NCBI GenBank assembly: GCA_046497275.1
Contig: JAWOFX010000078.1
Location: 3,024-67,023 of the forward strand
Length of the DNA stretch: 64,000 bases
From: Promethearchaeia archaeon
GTDB taxonomy: Archaea > Asgardarchaeota > Lokiarchaeia > Sigyniarchaeales > SOKP01
Direction of reading: 5' to 3'
Under the pieces are notes generated by a model, which worked only from the letters and a program-made list of their open reading frames with translations, made no database searches and was not told where the DNA came from. The translations under genes were made by a program, and so were the position numbers. Shown in pieces: positions 11,743-21,627 of this stretch. The first letter of the stretch is position 1. Each line of letters starts with the position of its first letter.

Positions 11743-12249
11743 ATGTATATTATGGAAATTTCTCATGATGATGATACGTGGGAAATATTTTTGGATGAAT
11801 TTATCGAAATATTCTCGATTGAGGGCTTAAGAAAGCAAAAAATTTTCATATGTGGATCCTATTCCAAAGAGAATTTAACCACATTGAAAAAAATAAGGGA
11901 AGAAATCAATAACGAATCTGAAAAATATTTAGCTTTTCTCGAACTGAGCTTTAAAAAAACTCATAATGAGAATTTCATTTTTAAATTTGATTTATTGGCA
12001 AGAATATCTGACGAGATTTTCATGGTCATCGAACATGATAAGGGAGGTCATATGATCGAATTGGGAATTATAATTACCACAAAGGAGTTTTTAGAAAAAA
12101 CGAATATATTGGTGTTAAAAGATGCTCCAATGACCCTTATGCTTAGCAGGGGCAGTCTGCTCACACCTTTTTTCATGGAAGACGAGAATCTATTTTATTT
12201 TAAAACAGTTTCAGATATAAAAGAGATAATAAATACACTCTATCCTTAA
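11743..12249 (+). CDS. Hypothetical Rossmann-like protein (nucleoside deoxyribosyltransferase/TIR-like architecture)
   Basis: KIFICGSY...ISDEIFMVIEHDKGGHMIELGIIITTKEFLEKTNILVL. Confidence 0.4.
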   Translation: MYIMEISHDDDTWEIFLDEFIEIFSIEGLRKQKIFICGSYSKENLTTLKKIREEINNESEKYLAFLELSFKKTHNENFIFKFDLLARISDEIFMVIEHDKGGHMIELGIIITTKEFLEKTNILVLKDAPMTLMLSRGSLLTPFFMEDENLFYFKTVSDIKEIINTLYP

Positions 12250-12309
12250 GAGTTCATAAATTATTCTCATATTAATTTTTGTAAAAAAAATAATAAAAAG
12301 TTATAAGTT

Positions 12310-12720
12310 TTAGAAAGGCCATACAAATATTGCGATGCCAACCAATGCTTCTATGATTAAGGCAACAATGATATACAACAAGAATGCAACCACCGAGACA
12401 GCAATTGCCCCCAGGAATCCTGTATGATGCCTTGCACTGATTAATAGCCAAGTCAATATTAAAACGATGATCCATGCTACTATACCGGTTAGAAAGATGA
12501 ATGTTATCGCAAAGATTATTGTTATGATAAAGGAGGTCAAGAATACTTCTCCAAATCGATCATGTCTGGCTTTACTGAAGAAACTCAGCGCAATTGCTAA
12601 AAATATTGTCATAACTACTAGAAAAATCAAGTAGATTATAAGAAACCACATTATATCTTCTAAAGTTTCAAATGTCTGAGCCCAATCAGGATTAATTATA
12701 TCATCCATAATACTATTCAA
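12310..12720 (-). CDS. Integral membrane protein, unknown function
   Basis: Four hydrophobic segments. Confidence 0.5.
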   Translation of the reverse strand: MNSIMDDIINPDWAQTFETLEDIMWFLIIYLIFLVVMTIFLAIALSFFSKARHDRFGEVFLTSFIITIIFAITFIFLTGIVAWIIVLILTWLLISARHHTGFLGAIAVSVVAFLLYIIVALIIEALVGIAIFVWPF

Positions 12721-12801
12721 TTCAACCTTATTTTATAAATATCTTCTCTTTTAATTATTAACATTAGAGGGATTAATTTAGAAATATTAATTCACGAAAA
12801 T

Positions 12802-13410
12802 ATGATTGAATGGATCAATTTTATTTCTTTAATTGCAAGCATTTTTCTCTTCTGTATCTTCTATACCTTTAGCCTTGAACCAAAAAAAAGGAGCCAAAAG
12901 CGAGGGGAGAAGGCTTGGAAAGAATGTGCAATTTTCAGAATTATGGCAGGAATTTTTGAATTCCTAATTTTACTTAATATTATTCTGTGGATTTGGTTCC
13001 CTCTCCCAAGTATAGACTATCAGATATATTCAAACTACTGGATTGGAATTGGCATAGGTTTAACAATTTTAATTATTGGTAGTATCATTATGACTAAAGG
13101 AATAATTGATGCAGGTTCTGAAACTGCAAAACCATCGGAAAAAACAGAAATGTATGAAGGAATTTACAAATTTATACGACACCCACAATCTCTTGGAGAA
13201 TTCCCAATGTTCATCGCAATGGGATTTTTAGTAAATTCCTGGACGATAGTAATTATCTTAACGCTATTTATAGTTATTTACGTGCCTATTATGATTCATT
13301 ATGAAGAGAAAGATTTAATTAGACGATTTGGAAATAAGTATAAAGAATATCAAAAGACAACAGGTGCACTTATTCCTAAATTTAGAAATAAATCTGGAAA
13401 TAAAGGTTAA
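12802..13410 (+). CDS. Isoprenylcysteine carboxyl methyltransferase (ICMT/PEMT)-family membrane protein
   Basis: EGIYKFIRHPQSLGEFPMFIAMGFLVNSW...HYEEKDLIRRFGNKYKEYQKTTGALIPKF. Confidence 0.75.
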   Translation: MIEWINFISLIASIFLFCIFYTFSLEPKKRSQKRGEKAWKECAIFRIMAGIFEFLILLNIILWIWFPLPSIDYQIYSNYWIGIGIGLTILIIGSIIMTKGIIDAGSETAKPSEKTEMYEGIYKFIRHPQSLGEFPMFIAMGFLVNSWTIVIILTLFIVIYVPIMIHYEEKDLIRRFGNKYKEYQKTTGALIPKFRNKSGNKG

Positions 13411-13421
13411 AAAAATCTCCA

Positions 13422-14450
13422 CTATCTAATTTCTTCTTGGTTTTGTTTTTTTATATTGGTTGGGCTATTAATTCCATCTTGAGTCGATTTATAATTAACC
13501 AGTATAATTCCTACGCACACACATAATAGGGCAAATGGATAAATAAAAATACCAAATTGTTCACCTAAAAAAATCGCAGAGAATAGGACTCCGATTAATG
13601 GAACTAATGTTTGAAAAATTGCAGCTCTACTTGCATCTAATCGTTTTACACCTTCTAAATAGAATGTATATCCACCTACGGTTGAGATAAAAGCTAAATA
13701 GAGAATACCAAGCCATAACCGATTTGGAATCATGAAAAATTGAATCGGATTGATATATTCTGGGTTAATCATTAAAGCGATGGGTGTTGTAATTATGAAA
13801 CCAAACACAGAAATCCATGTAATCAACCATAAAGAACTTGGTTGGTATGAATTACTCTCTTTCTTAGTTTTATTCATAAAGAATCGAGAGGTCACGGTAT
13901 AAGTAGCATATGCGAATGCTCCCATTAATATTAAGATATCCCCAAGTATTCTATTTAATACTTCAACATTAGGAGAAAAACCAACAACCAAGATAACCGC
14001 TATAAAAGCTAAAAAAGTACCAATAAGTTTTTTCAATGTAATTTTTTCTGTCTCTATGAAAATTCCAGAAAGAATAACAACCCAAACTGCATTCGTAACA
14101 ATGAGAATGCTAGCGTCACTTGCAGAGGTAAAAATCTCCCCAATAAGATACCCAATTTGATATATTGTTACAGAGGTTAATCCCATAAATAGTAAATATT
14201 TCCAATTTCTTAATGCAAATTTAATCTTCAAAGACCCTTCTTTATATTTTAAGAGAATTAAAAAGCAAACGATTGCCAAAAAATATCGAATCACTACTAT
14301 CATTAAGGGGGGAATGGTTTCACCACCTACCTCTTCGGACACCATCCATCGTCCCAGAGGCCACGTACCACCCCAAATAAATGCTGTAATTATTAGCAGT
14401 ATGTAAGCTTCAAATTTACTTTTTTCATTACTGAATATAGTTGATTTCAT
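13422..14450 (-). CDS. DMT superfamily (EamA-type) transporter
   Basis: Ten TM segments with FIWGGTWPLGRWMV and DASRAAIFQTLVPLIGVLFSAIFLGE repeats. Confidence 0.88.
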   Translation of the reverse strand: MKSTIFSNEKSKFEAYILLIITAFIWGGTWPLGRWMVSEEVGGETIPPLMIVVIRYFLAIVCFLILLKYKEGSLKIKFALRNWKYLLFMGLTSVTIYQIGYLIGEIFTSASDASILIVTNAVWVVILSGIFIETEKITLKKLIGTFLAFIAVILVVGFSPNVEVLNRILGDILILMGAFAYATYTVTSRFFMNKTKKESNSYQPSSLWLITWISVFGFIITTPIALMINPEYINPIQFFMIPNRLWLGILYLAFISTVGGYTFYLEGVKRLDASRAAIFQTLVPLIGVLFSAIFLGEQFGIFIYPFALLCVCVGIILVNYKSTQDGINSPTNIKKQNQEEIR

Positions 14451-14495
14451 TTTATTATTAGATCTTTTCCTTTTCCTTTACAAACAAAAATTTTA

Positions 14496-14657
14496 TTATT
14501 TTGAAGAATCCTCATAGAATACAGTGGTTATTAGCAGAGAACCCTTGATTGTTTGGGTAATAAATTTAATATCAATTTCAGGAATTGTATTTAACCATTT
14601 ATTAATATTTTCTTCAGCCTTTTTTCCTCTTTCAACTTCTAATACTTTACATTTCAT
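14496..14657 (-). CDS. Small 53-aa conserved-looking protein, absent from the supplied ORF track
   Basis: Translated by hand: MKCKVLEVERGKKAEENINKWLNTIPEIDIKFITQTIKGSLLITTVFYEDSSK. Confidence 0.5.
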   Translation of the reverse strand: MKCKVLEVERGKKAEENINKWLNTIPEIDIKFITQTIKGSLLITTVFYEDSSK

Positions 14658-14759
14658 TTTAAGCTTAGATTATTATATATTCAAAATTTTAATTTAAGGA
14701 AGATAATATCAAATTCTATAAAAAGTTGTGAATTTGACTTAACTCATGAGATAGATATA

Positions 14760-15356
14760 TTATTTTTTATTATTCATATCATCTATGAACCTAGAAATTT
14801 TTGCTGAGCAAGATTTGCAAAATTCTATGGGTTTTTCATCCGTCTGAGCTAAATAATTAGAGAACCGCATGATACAATAATTATCACAATGGTTTAAGCC
14901 GAGAGTATGACCAAGTTCGTGCACTGCTTCCTTAAGAGTTCTTTCCCTAAATAAATCCTCATCTTTTTTTTTGTTATAAAATTCTTCCTTTAATCGACTC
15001 ACAGATATAATTGAAACTCCAAAATTTCTGGTTGCTTTAGAGTTTGGCGGAGTGGCAATTCCAAAAACAAAATTTAATCCGCTTGAATAAATATCAACAT
15101 CTAAAACACCCAGGGTTCTAAAATATTGTTCCTTTTTTGAATGATTAAATAGGCGAGTTAAAATTTTAGAACCATCGTATTGTCTTCTTATTTCATTATA
15201 TTCAGATTCTAGCAATGGTAAAGGTTCTTCAGCAAGAATGATAAATAAGTTAAATTTCTCAAACCTTTTTTTCAACCCTTTTTCTAAATTTTTTAATGTT
15301 TTATTATTGATTTTTCCGATTTCTTGTAAATAGATCTTTTTTTTTGGCTTAATCAT
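14760..15356 (-). CDS. amzA: Archaemetzincin family zinc metalloprotease
   Basis: HELGHTLGLNHCDNYCIMRFSN...FCKSC signature. Confidence 0.95.
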   Translation of the reverse strand: MIKPKKKIYLQEIGKINNKTLKNLEKGLKKRFEKFNLFIILAEEPLPLLESEYNEIRRQYDGSKILTRLFNHSKKEQYFRTLGVLDVDIYSSGLNFVFGIATPPNSKATRNFGVSIISVSRLKEEFYNKKKDEDLFRERTLKEAVHELGHTLGLNHCDNYCIMRFSNYLAQTDEKPIEFCKSCSAKISRFIDDMNNKK

Positions 15357-15647
15357 TTTAAAGTAAAAGAAATTAGAAAAAATTTAAATGTACGGTGTAA
15401 AAATCATTAATTTATCGTAAGTATATATATTAATAATTAATCAGCTGCTTGTAATAATCTAATTATAATAAAGCTTTTAAAAAGAAATCATACGAATATA
15501 AAGTAAAATCTTGATATAGTTTCAAATATTAACAGAATCTGAAATTTCGGATTATTCTTCTTTAATCTAAGATTTTTAAGTTAATATATCCTTTCATTAA
15601 TTGGGTCAAAATAAATTTTAAAAGAGATCCATAATTAGGTGAAAATT

Positions 15648-15815
15648 TTGAATTATTGTCCAGTATGCAACAACTTATTAGTTCCAAAAGATGATCATTT
15701 ATATTGTAGAGTCTGTGATAAGAATTACAAACTCGTTAAAAATCAGGAGGGAGAATATAAAAACGTGACAAAATTAAATCCTAAAGAAGAGATTGAGCCC
15801 CTTGTTATTGATTAA
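15648..15815 (+). CDS. Small zinc-ribbon protein (RPB9/TFS N-terminal-like), TTG start, absent from the supplied ORF track
   Basis: Hand translation (L/M)NYCPVCNNLLVPKDDHLYCRVCDKNYKLVKNQEGEYKNVTKLNPKEEIEPLVID; GGTG just upstream. Confidence 0.6.
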   Translation: MNYCPVCNNLLVPKDDHLYCRVCDKNYKLVKNQEGEYKNVTKLNPKEEIEPLVID

Positions 15816-16044
15816 AGAATCATTTTCTCACAGAGAAAGAGAATCGTAGAAGAAAATTAAATCTCAAATTTTTATTTTTAATTCAAAAGTATCTTTAAGC
15901 TACTCATTTTTAATTAATTCCATTTTTTTTTAAGATAAATTAAAGTTTCTTAGAATAATTAGATTATAACGTTAAAAATTATAAATTAAATCAGAAGAAG
16001 ATCAATATAGACTGAGATTAATAATATAATGAAAATGATATGAA

Positions 16045-16677
16045 ATGGTAATATGTAGATATTTAGGGAGATCATGTGTTGAGGTTATAGCCGATAAGGA
16101 TCATATTATAATTGATCCAAATTATGTTGAATTTCCAAGGAAAGGAATCAATAAAATCCTTTTAACGCATGAGCATGATGATCATCTTTCTCAAGAGAAA
16201 ATTCAGAGGATATTTAAAGAATTTATTAGAGAAGATCAAGAATTCCAAATTTTTGGTCCCATTTCCACCAAGGAAAAAATAGCAATAGAAGAACCATTTA
16301 TAGTTAAAGATGGATCCGTTATTGAGTTAAATGATGGAAGAATTGAAGTTTTTAAAATAGATTGTTGGGGTTCTGAAGCATGTGTGGCTTATTTGATCTA
16401 TATTGATGATAAAAGAATATTACATACAGCAGATTCGGCAAATTATTCTGATCGACTCAGAACCATAGAAAAAGCTGTTGATTGTTGTTTTGTTGCAACA
16501 TTCGAAGATTATTATGATAATTATTTGCATTTTATTAAAACCATAATGCCAAAATTAACTATCCCTTATCATTTTGGTCCTGATAAGAAGGAGATTGGAA
16601 AGAAAACAGCCGAATTTCTACAAAAAAATGATATTAATGTAAAATATTTAAATCCCGGAGAAGAAATTAATCTTTGA
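16045..16677 (+). CDS. Metallo-beta-lactamase fold hydrolase
   Basis: LLTHEHDDHLS (HxHxDH), HTADSANYSDRL, PYHFGP. Confidence 0.85.
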   Translation: MVICRYLGRSCVEVIADKDHIIIDPNYVEFPRKGINKILLTHEHDDHLSQEKIQRIFKEFIREDQEFQIFGPISTKEKIAIEEPFIVKDGSVIELNDGRIEVFKIDCWGSEACVAYLIYIDDKRILHTADSANYSDRLRTIEKAVDCCFVATFEDYYDNYLHFIKTIMPKLTIPYHFGPDKKEIGKKTAEFLQKNDINVKYLNPGEEINL

Positions 16678-16849
16678 GATAAATTTCAAAATCTCTAAAG
16701 TCAATTTCTCCGAATTAAATGTTATATACACTTTTTTTAAATAAATACCAATAATAAGTATAAATAAAAACATCATCAAAATAATTAAAGATATAGAAAA
16801 ATCTCATAAAATTATGCGAATCAAAATAAAGAGACAATGGTAAATTCTT

Positions 16850-17785
16850 ATGATAAAAGATCTTATTAAAGTTAATAATCTTTCGAAAGACTTTGGTGAA
16901 GTCTTGGCTGTTGATAAGATAAGATTTAGCGTTGACCAAGGAGAAATATTTGGATTCCTTGGGCCAAACGGAGCGGGAAAAACAACCACAATCCGTATGA
17001 TGACCGGAGTGTTGAAACCTACATCAGGTACCATTGAAATTTATGGAAAAAATGTCTGGAAAAATCAGATAATGGTTAAACAGATCCTTGGGAACGTCCC
17101 CGAAATGGCGAATGTGTATATGGATTTAACAGGTTTACAAAATTTAAATTTCTTGGGAGAAGTATACGGAATACCAAAAAAAGAAAGAATAGATAAAGCT
17201 ATAACCCTTTTAAAAAAGTTTGAACTATTTGAACGGAAAGATAGTCTTGCAAAAAAATATTCAAAAGGAATGAAGCAACGATTATTATTATGTATGGCTT
17301 TGATGAGTAATCCGAAAATTCTATTTCTTGACGAGCCAACATCTGGATTAGATGTCCATTCAAGTATAATTATAAAAAATTTAATAAAAGAATATAATAA
17401 AGATGGGATGACAATCTTTCTTACAACACATAATATGGACGTGGCAAATGAAATGTGTCATAGAATCGCTATTATTAATAAAGGAAAAATTATAAGATTA
17501 GATACTCCAGAAAATTTACGAACAATAGAAAAAGAATTTCAATCAATTGACCTTTATCTTTCTAAAAAAATTGATCTTTCTGCTTTAGAACAATTAAATG
17601 GAATTGAGAACGCAAAACAAATAAAGAATTATTATCACCTCATTGTTAATAATATAGATGAAGCAATTCAGCAAATTATCGATTTTACGAGATCTAATGA
17701 TATTAAGATTAATAAAATCAATACCCCAGAACCCAGCTTAGAAGAAGTATTTATTAATGCGATTAATGGAGGTGAGAAGAATTAG
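16850..17785 (+). CDS. ABC transporter ATP-binding protein
   Basis: Walker A GPNGAGKTTT, signature YSKGMKQRLLL, Walker B ILFLDEPTSGLD. Confidence 0.97.
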   Translation: MIKDLIKVNNLSKDFGEVLAVDKIRFSVDQGEIFGFLGPNGAGKTTTIRMMTGVLKPTSGTIEIYGKNVWKNQIMVKQILGNVPEMANVYMDLTGLQNLNFLGEVYGIPKKERIDKAITLLKKFELFERKDSLAKKYSKGMKQRLLLCMALMSNPKILFLDEPTSGLDVHSSIIIKNLIKEYNKDGMTIFLTTHNMDVANEMCHRIAIINKGKIIRLDTPENLRTIEKEFQSIDLYLSKKIDLSALEQLNGIENAKQIKNYYHLIVNNIDEAIQQIIDFTRSNDIKINKINTPEPSLEEVFINAINGGEKN

Positions 17786-18566
17786 AGAAGAGGTATTTGA
17801 GGAAAAATCAAAAGTAAAATTAATAATCGAGCAAATAAGAAGATCATTCGCCATCGCAAAAAAAGATTTAAAGATTTATTACAATAAAGGACCCGTGGTG
17901 ATCCAGGGTATAGCTTTCCCAATTATTTTATTCTTAGCATTCACTATTGGTAGAGAAATTCTTCCCCTTTTTATCATTAGTGGTTTAATAACAATGGTAC
18001 TATTTTTAACATCAACTTCCATCGGCCCCGTGGTTTTTCCATGGGAAACAAGACAGAAAACTCTTGAACGCTTAATAACTTGTCCAATCTCTATCAAAAC
18101 AATCCTTTTAGGAAATGTGTGGAGTTCCTTTCTTTTTGGATGCATATTTTCAATTGTTCCTTTAACATTAGGGATAATATTTCTAGAACTTTGGAGAGAT
18201 ATAAACCTCTTGATTTTGATTCCTGGCATTATATTAGCAGCGTTTTCTTTTTCCTCCTTTAGTTTAATTCTCTCGGTACCTCCAACTGATACTCCAGCAA
18301 ATACGATGATTCTTACAATTCTTATTAAATTTCCCTTGATATTCATTAGTCCCTTATTTATGCCTATTAAATTAAATCCTTTAATCCTTATCTCTCCATT
18401 AACTTACTTCATTGATCTCTTGAATACTGGTCTCAGAGAGGCAAGTGCGTTTGGAGCTTTTGGTTTGATTATTGATTTTGGATTTCTTTTATTATTTGGG
18501 TTCGGATTTCTTTTCCTTGCGTTCATCTTACATGCAATAACACTTCAAAAAAGATTTAAAGGTTGA
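17757..18566 (+). CDS. ABC transporter permease
   Basis: ABC-2 type, six TM segments; overlaps the ATPase gene by 29 nt. Confidence 0.88.
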   Translation: MRLMEVRRIREEVFEEKSKVKLIIEQIRRSFAIAKKDLKIYYNKGPVVIQGIAFPIILFLAFTIGREILPLFIISGLITMVLFLTSTSIGPVVFPWETRQKTLERLITCPISIKTILLGNVWSSFLFGCIFSIVPLTLGIIFLELWRDINLLILIPGIILAAFSFSSFSLILSVPPTDTPANTMILTILIKFPLIFISPLFMPIKLNPLILISPLTYFIDLLNTGLREASAFGAFGLIIDFGFLLLFGFGFLFLAFILHAITLQKRFKG

Positions 18567-18765
18567 AAAATTAACTTCTGAGAAAATTTTAATAAAAAAT
18601 TAGAATTTCGTACTATTCTTTTTTATTAAAAATAATGGTTTTTCGTAAAAAAATTATCTAAGCTCATCAAAAAAGATAAAAGTTATAATGATTTATATAA
18701 AATTGTAGTAGATAATATTATCAGATCTTTAAACACTTTTTATATTTTCAAGGTGCTAAATAAGT

Positions 18766-19404
18766 ATGTCAATGCAAAAAATTATAACTCAATTACATGA
18801 CAATAATAAAGAATTTACTACTTCTGAAGAATTAAAGGAATACAGTCAACAATTATATTATAACTATAATAATGTAATTAGTTATTTGTTAAAACAAGGA
18901 TATCTCTTAAGGATTTTTAAGGGGATATATTATGTAAAAAGTAATGAAGAGATTGAAACTAATAAGCTGAAATATTCCTTGCTTGAGTTAGTGGGAAAGG
19001 GTTTAGAACTTAGGGGTATTAGCAATTGGTACTATGGATTATATACTGCTTTAAAATTGAATAATTATCCTGTGGAAGAAGAGCGGGATTTATTTTTTAT
19101 AATGAGTGATAGATTATTTAAAACAAAACCAGTAGAGATTGCTGGACATTCATTCAAATTCATTAAATTAAAATATTCATTATTCGATTTTGGCACAATT
19201 AATCAAAAAGTTAAATATTCCAATTTAGAAAAAACAGTTTTAGACTTTATTTACCTATGGAAATACAACGGGATTCACGATCAGAAAATAATAGTAGATA
19301 TCCAAGAATTTATGGAGGGAGTGGAAGGGGAAAGAATTTTAAAATATGCCCAGTATTATCCTAAAAGCAATTTGCGGATTCTTCAAGAAGCCTTAAAAAA
19401 ATAG
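18766..19404 (+). CDS. AbiEi antitoxin-like / type IV TA-like transcriptional regulator
   Basis: N-terminal wHTH ending LLKQGYLLRIFKGIYYVK, then KYSNLEKTVLDFIYL. Confidence 0.55.
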   Translation: MSMQKIITQLHDNNKEFTTSEELKEYSQQLYYNYNNVISYLLKQGYLLRIFKGIYYVKSNEEIETNKLKYSLLELVGKGLELRGISNWYYGLYTALKLNNYPVEEERDLFFIMSDRLFKTKPVEIAGHSFKFIKLKYSLFDFGTINQKVKYSNLEKTVLDFIYLWKYNGIHDQKIIVDIQEFMEGVEGERILKYAQYYPKSNLRILQEALKK

Positions 19405-19561
19405 GTAATTTTCTGGAATTTTTTCAAGAAAAACTTCTTCTATTTTCTACTTTCATAATTCTCATTAAATTTCCAACTATATCAATACTTTAAAATAGAA
19501 ATCATTATAAATTATTGTATATATCATTATTTTTAAGAGTAGAAACGAGTTTGAAATTAAA

Positions 19562-20200
19562 ATGGTGAAGATTAGATTTTTAGGAAGATCCTGTTTAGAA
19601 TTGATCACACTTAAAGGGCATTTCATAATTGATCCAAATTATTTACGTCCTCCTACTGAAGGAATAGAGAAGGTTTTTTTCACTCAAGGGAATATGTATC
19701 ATTTTGATCCTAGTAAGTTAAAAGAAATTCAAGATAATTACTTTGAGAATGAAAAGGATGAAAAGGAACTAGAAATTTATGGACCAGATATTTTAAGAGA
19801 TAAAACAGAGTTCGAAATTAAAAAGATAAAAGATGGAAAGAAAATTACTTTTGAGGATACTGAGATTACAGTATTTGAAGTGGAATGTGAAAGATCAGAA
19901 AAATGTTATTCTTATGTGTTTACAATTGGGGAAGTAAGAGTATTATATACTGCAGATTCCGCCCTTTTTTCTGATAGACTAAAAAATTTTCAAGAAAAGA
20001 TTGATTATTGTTTTATTGCATGTTTTGAGGAGAATTTTGAAGATTATCTATTGTTTTTACAAAAAATAAACCCGAAAGTTACTTTTCCGTTTCATTTTAT
20101 TGAAGGTGAGGAGGAAAAGGCTAAAAAATTAGTTGAATATTTAATGAATAACGGTCTTGAATCCTCATTTCTTGATATTGGGGATGAGTTTGAATTCTAA
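19562..20200 (+). CDS. Metallo-beta-lactamase fold paralog with degenerate metal-binding motif
   Basis: Aligns along its length to 16045-16677 but HxHxDH replaced by TQGNMYHFD. Confidence 0.8.
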   Translation: MVKIRFLGRSCLELITLKGHFIIDPNYLRPPTEGIEKVFFTQGNMYHFDPSKLKEIQDNYFENEKDEKELEIYGPDILRDKTEFEIKKIKDGKKITFEDTEITVFEVECERSEKCYSYVFTIGEVRVLYTADSALFSDRLKNFQEKIDYCFIACFEENFEDYLLFLQKINPKVTFPFHFIEGEEEKAKKLVEYLMNNGLESSFLDIGDEFEF

Positions 20201-20226
20201 AATAGCTAAATTTTTTATTTTGTAAG

Positions 20227-20766
20227 ATGGAAGAATGGCTAAATTCGAAAGGAGAAATCATATTAAGAGAAATAGGGATAAGGGAGTCCCAAAAAGTTGT
20301 GGATTTTGGGTGTGGTGAAGGAGTATATAGTATAATAATATCCAAAATAATTGGCGAGACAGGAAGAGTCATAGCAATAGACAAAAATCAAGAGAGATTA
20401 GATGAATTGAGAGAAAAAATAGTAGAACACAATATAGATAATATAGAGTTATTGCATCTCCCTGAGGATTCCACTTTGCCGATAGAAGATACTTCTATTG
20501 ATGTATTTTTATTATATGATGTTTATCATCTATTAGATAAAAAACAGAGATTGAGAGTTATAGAAGAAGCTGCCAGAGTTCTACACGAAGATGGATTGCT
20601 ATCATACCATGCAACTCACTTAGATTCTTATGAAGTAAATCTTAAAGAAGTGAAAAAGCACATGCAAGAGCATAATTTAGTTTTTAAAAAAAAATATAAA
20701 AAACCAATGTTTCATTGGAGTTGGATTGAAGAGGGTGTAATATTAAACTTCTTTAAAAATCTTTAA
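20227..20766 (+). CDS. Class I SAM-dependent methyltransferase
   Basis: VVDFGCGEGVYSIIISKIIGETGRVIAIDKNQERL. Confidence 0.9.
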   Translation: MEEWLNSKGEIILREIGIRESQKVVDFGCGEGVYSIIISKIIGETGRVIAIDKNQERLDELREKIVEHNIDNIELLHLPEDSTLPIEDTSIDVFLLYDVYHLLDKKQRLRVIEEAARVLHEDGLLSYHATHLDSYEVNLKEVKKHMQEHNLVFKKKYKKPMFHWSWIEEGVILNFFKNL

Positions 20767-20988
20767 AATCAAAATTTAGGACTAACTAAATTATTCCTAA
20801 AAAATTCTATAAAACAAGTCTTTCTTATCTATTCTTTAAATTTTATTAATAACTATAAATAAATTAGAAATTTCTCTTACATTAATTAAAGAGATGTTCA
20901 AATTTCGTTATGGACTATTAAATTAATATTAAAAAACCTCATTCAACACTAATTAAATGAATTAAAATTAATATAAAAAGGTGAGAAA

Positions 20989-21342
20989 ATGACAGAAACT
21001 ATACCGAAAGTTGATGAGGGAAAAGAAGAAGAAAAGAAAAAGGGTCTCCGAAAAAGGATTTTTTCACCAGAGATGTGCTCATATACAAATGAAGATGCTA
21101 CGGGATATGTTATTGAAGTGGTTTTACCCGGTGTAGGAAAAGAAACTATAGATCTAAAAATCACAGAGGATAGTGTATTTATAACAGGTGAGAGTGAAGC
21201 GATCCGATATGTTGGATCTTATGGCCTTTGTTGCCCTATTAATACAGAACATGCAAAAGCAAAGTATAATAATGGATTACTTAAGATTGAAGCACCATTC
21301 AAGGAAATAAATTTAGAGACTGTTGATATAAACATAGATTAG
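20989..21342 (+). CDS. Hsp20/alpha-crystallin family small heat shock protein
   Basis: GYVIEVVLPGVGKETIDLKITEDSVFITGE...AKYNNGLLKIEAPF. Confidence 0.85.
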   Translation: MTETIPKVDEGKEEEKKKGLRKRIFSPEMCSYTNEDATGYVIEVVLPGVGKETIDLKITEDSVFITGESEAIRYVGSYGLCCPINTEHAKAKYNNGLLKIEAPFKEINLETVDINID

Positions 21343-21627
21343 AATACTTCACTTCTTCTTTTTTATTTTTTAACTTTGTAGAATGAAGAGTTATATTTCT
21401 ATTATTTTTATTTTAATCGGTTTTATAGAATATTTTTTAATTTCCTAATTAATATATAAATTCTCTAATAAACAGTCTTTAGTTCATTACTTTAAAATCA
21501 TATTTTCATATCACTAAATTAAATTTTAGCTTTTTCTAAGAGGGTTTGGTTCCATTTTAAGAGGAAGAAAATCTAATATATGAAGAAGTAGAAAGTATAT
21601 TAATGTAATAAAATTATACAGAGAAAA

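Noticed and set aside
17879-18346. 155-aa minus ORF
   Set aside because: Antisense shadow of the ABC permease gene.
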